A DNA stretch of 64,000 nt from Flectonema sp. DT1601 (taxonomy: Eukaryota), in assembly GCA_964019425.1 (NCBI GenBank), contig OZ025797.1:682001-746000 (forward strand), in the 5' to 3' direction. Shown one piece after another: positions 61,439 through 64,000 of the stretch (the first letter of the stretch is position 1; every line of letters begins with the position of its first letter). A program made the position numbers and the translations under genes. Under the pieces are notes generated by a model. It had not been told where the DNA came from, did no database searches, and worked only from the letters and a program-made list of their open reading frames with translations.

Positions 61439-63270
61439 ATGGTAAGGGTCGAGTTGCTTTGTTTGGGAACAGGGAAGGCCTCCACACATATTTATTATGG
61501 AGAACCCAGTACGGGATTTGTGATTATTCAAGACGGAGAACCAGTACTACTAATGGGTGCTGGATTAGGAATAGTAAGAAGTTGTGTTTACTATTGTAAG
61601 AAGGTACCAGACACTATCTACATAAGTCACAACCACTCTGATCATGCGGGAGAGTTACCGTTGCTATTATCAGTTGAAGCGGGAAAGGGAAGAAGAAAGA
61701 AAGTAGTCGCAGAGACTCAAGTGATGACTCGAATCTTAAATCACAGACTTGGTGAGTACCACGAAAGTATCGAACTGTCAAATAGAAAACTCAGCGACTT
61801 GGCTGACTTTGTTGATTGTCCAGAACAAGAAATGACATCCGTGACGGCAAACTTATCAATAATTCCTTATCGTTCTCAACACTCTGAAAGATGTTTTGGG
61901 TTTGTGTTATTTTACATGAACAGACCGATACTTGGATGGTCAAGTGACTCAGGGTTTGAACCAAACTTCTATCAACAGATCTCAACACAAACACCTGTTC
62001 TGATACTAGACGCTCGTCAGACTGGTTCATATGACCACGCTGCATTCGATGATGTTATTGAATTTGAGAGAAAACTTGCTGCAGCATGTGATGCAGCTGG
62101 TGTTACCAGAACTGCTATCTACGTTACTGTTTATGGTACTCAGGCTGAGGTACCAACTAATCCGCAGGCTCTTAAAATTGGACAGACGCTAATGTTGTTT
62201 GAAGACTTTGAACCAGCACCACCTGGTGTCGTATCAAATGGTCAACATCCTCCTTCTGCTAGTCTTCATAATCTAAATAATGGATTTAGTTCTTCTTATC
62301 CAGCTGCTCCGACTGAACCTGTTCGACAGGAAACATCTGTCCTTCATTCCCCAGTTCGTCAAGGAGGGTATTCACAGCCTTATTCTCAATCTCATCACAG
62401 TAATCCTCCACAACATAATTTCGTACCCCAGCAGGGTCCGGTGTCACCAACGTTGTCGGCGAGGTCGCAACCACGCGGCAGATCAATTCCTCGAAATTCT
62501 GCTCAGCAGAGGTCCTCAGATATCAGAAACCTACTTCATCATATTAGTGATACAGATCCTCGTGCTTCAGAAGCTGGTAGTCGGGGGTACTCGTACTCGA
62601 TACCGGGACAAGTATGTTTATTATTAGTTAAATGGAATGGTGGAGCAAAGTGTTTCACTTAACTTTTCTTTTTGACATCTTTGAACTAATGAGATACAAA
62701 AACCAATAATATTTTTAACTATATTTTATTATTAATGAAAAACTGACACAGCGAAGTAGCAGTCTCCACTCTATCAAGAGATTCCCAGCACCCGAACCAC
62801 TTCCTAGCAAGGTTTGTATATTTTCATTTTGAAAAAAAAAAAATTAATTTTCTCTAACGTCAATAGGACAAAAACAAAAAAAAGAAAATACATATTTCCC
62901 TTTTGTGTTTTCTTTTTCCCCCTCCCTGTTTTCTACATCTGTTTAAACCATCACCCTCTCAAGTATATCAACCTTCACATAATTACAGGTATTCGTCCAC
63001 AGTAATGAAAACAAAGGAGCTCCACCAAAACTTTATTTGTTGAAAAATGTTCGGACTCTCGATCAGTTGAAGTTGAAGGTGTCAGATGGTCAAAATATAA
63101 AACCTATAAAACACCTTCACCAAGTAGACGGGACACCAATTAGATCTTTGAGTCAAATCACACATATGATGGAAGTAATTGCTACCAAACATGCTGGTTC
63201 TCCTTTTGATGTGAAGGATCTACCTATTCACGTAAAGGTGAGTGGTGCTCCACCAGGCCCTTCATTTTAG
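61439..63270 (+). CDS. MBL-fold (RNase Z-like) metallo-hydrolase + low-complexity linker + doublecortin-like domain (~504 aa); exons 61439-62611, 62752-62811, 62989-63270
   Basis: LGTG, ISHNHSDHAG (HxHxDH), QHSERCFGF, WSSDS and a distal His. Two GT-AG introns join in frame to KVFVHSNENKGAPPKLYLLKNVRTLDQLKLKVSDGQNIKPIKHLHQVDGTPIRSLSQITHMMEVIATKHAGSPF. Confidence 0.8.
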
Positions 63271-63658
63271 TTTCATAAAAAAACAACTATTTCCCCCCCT
63301 TTTTTTTTTTCTTCTTGAAATTTTCACGAATGGGTGGTCGAACAGGAAAGGACCTGAACCATGTACTTCATCGTTCCCTTTCCTTGATAACCCTGTTGAT
63401 TACGTAAAAGAAAAGAAAAAAAAAAAAAATGCAGAGAAATAAAACAAGGGAACAAGAACCTTTTTAGAGTTAGAATTTATTTGAAGCCTTTTGAAGGCTG
63501 TTTTAAAAACTTTAGATTTTAGTCTCCCAACTCAAAGTATGTATGTTGTGGTATGTTCATGTTGTTGTTGTTTATGGAATTATTAATTTATATTCATCTT
63601 TCAGGGATTAGTCGACACAATTTCAGGTCGTGCGTCAGTTCGATTTTTACTAAAAAGA

Positions 63659-64000
63659 ATGGGTAAAAAAGAGAAATTCTTGTCGGGGACTCCGCCGATG
63701 CCGCCACCAAGCGGAGTGAAACCAGACCTGGGGAGGTCGAGTGGGTTATCGGCATACGCGAGTTTAAGAATCGAATCTGATGGTCTCGCTAGTATCCAAA
63801 AGCTACAACAGTTAATCCCTGATAAATGGAAGTACATCGGACCTGGAGCTAAGAACTCGATAGTTGAAGATATACACATCACTTTATTACTACAAGTAAC
63901 AAACAGTTATGATGAGGCTCTGAATGGATTGACTCAGGTAGCTGATCGCAACTGTTCTCCAAAGTTTTTAATATGCCCTCCAACGATAACTTCTTGTGAC
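63659..64000 (+). CDS. 5' part of a probable 2H-phosphoesterase-fold protein, truncated by the window edge (absent from the ORF track)
   Basis: Frame from the ATG at 63659 is open to the end: MGKKEKFLSG...SAYASLRIE...LQQLIPDKWKYIGPGAKNSIVEDIHITLLLQV... It contains one HxT motif (HITL); the second would lie outside the window. Confidence 0.55.
   Translation, partial: MGKKEKFLSGTPPMPPPSGVKPDLGRSSGLSAYASLRIESDGLASIQKLQQLIPDKWKYIGPGAKNSIVEDIHITLLLQVTNSYDEALNGLTQVADRNCSPKFLICPPTITSCD

Overview
Eukaryotic (protist-like) nuclear sequence with AT-rich intergenic DNA, long poly(A)/poly(T) tracts and short GT-AG introns; every recognisable host gene lies on the + strand. Bases 1-27809 are an almost perfectly homogeneous, CpG-depleted, hairpin-rich tandem array of a 1356-bp monomer (~20 copies, broken by a 200-N gap). 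Bases 27810-33900 are a junction mosaic: a second, CpG-rich ~120-150-bp hairpin/poly(T) satellite, a 17-bp-period GGTATCTC mini-array, an inverted monomer fragment, and a ~2-kb inverted-repeat-bounded element carrying most of one monomer. The rest holds a dispersed ~350-bp structured repeat, a frameshifted coiled-coil + PD-(D/E)xK nuclease-like gene, a decayed piggyBac, and a gene cluster. The cluster comprises a 136-aa mini-paralog of the adjacent P2C Na+/K+-ATPase alpha subunit, the ATPase itself (4 exons), COP9 subunit 3, a membrane-anchored 2OG-Fe(II) oxygenase, an MBL-fold/doublecortin-like fusion and a truncated 2H-phosphoesterase-like gene. All calls were made by eye; no database search or alignment program was run.
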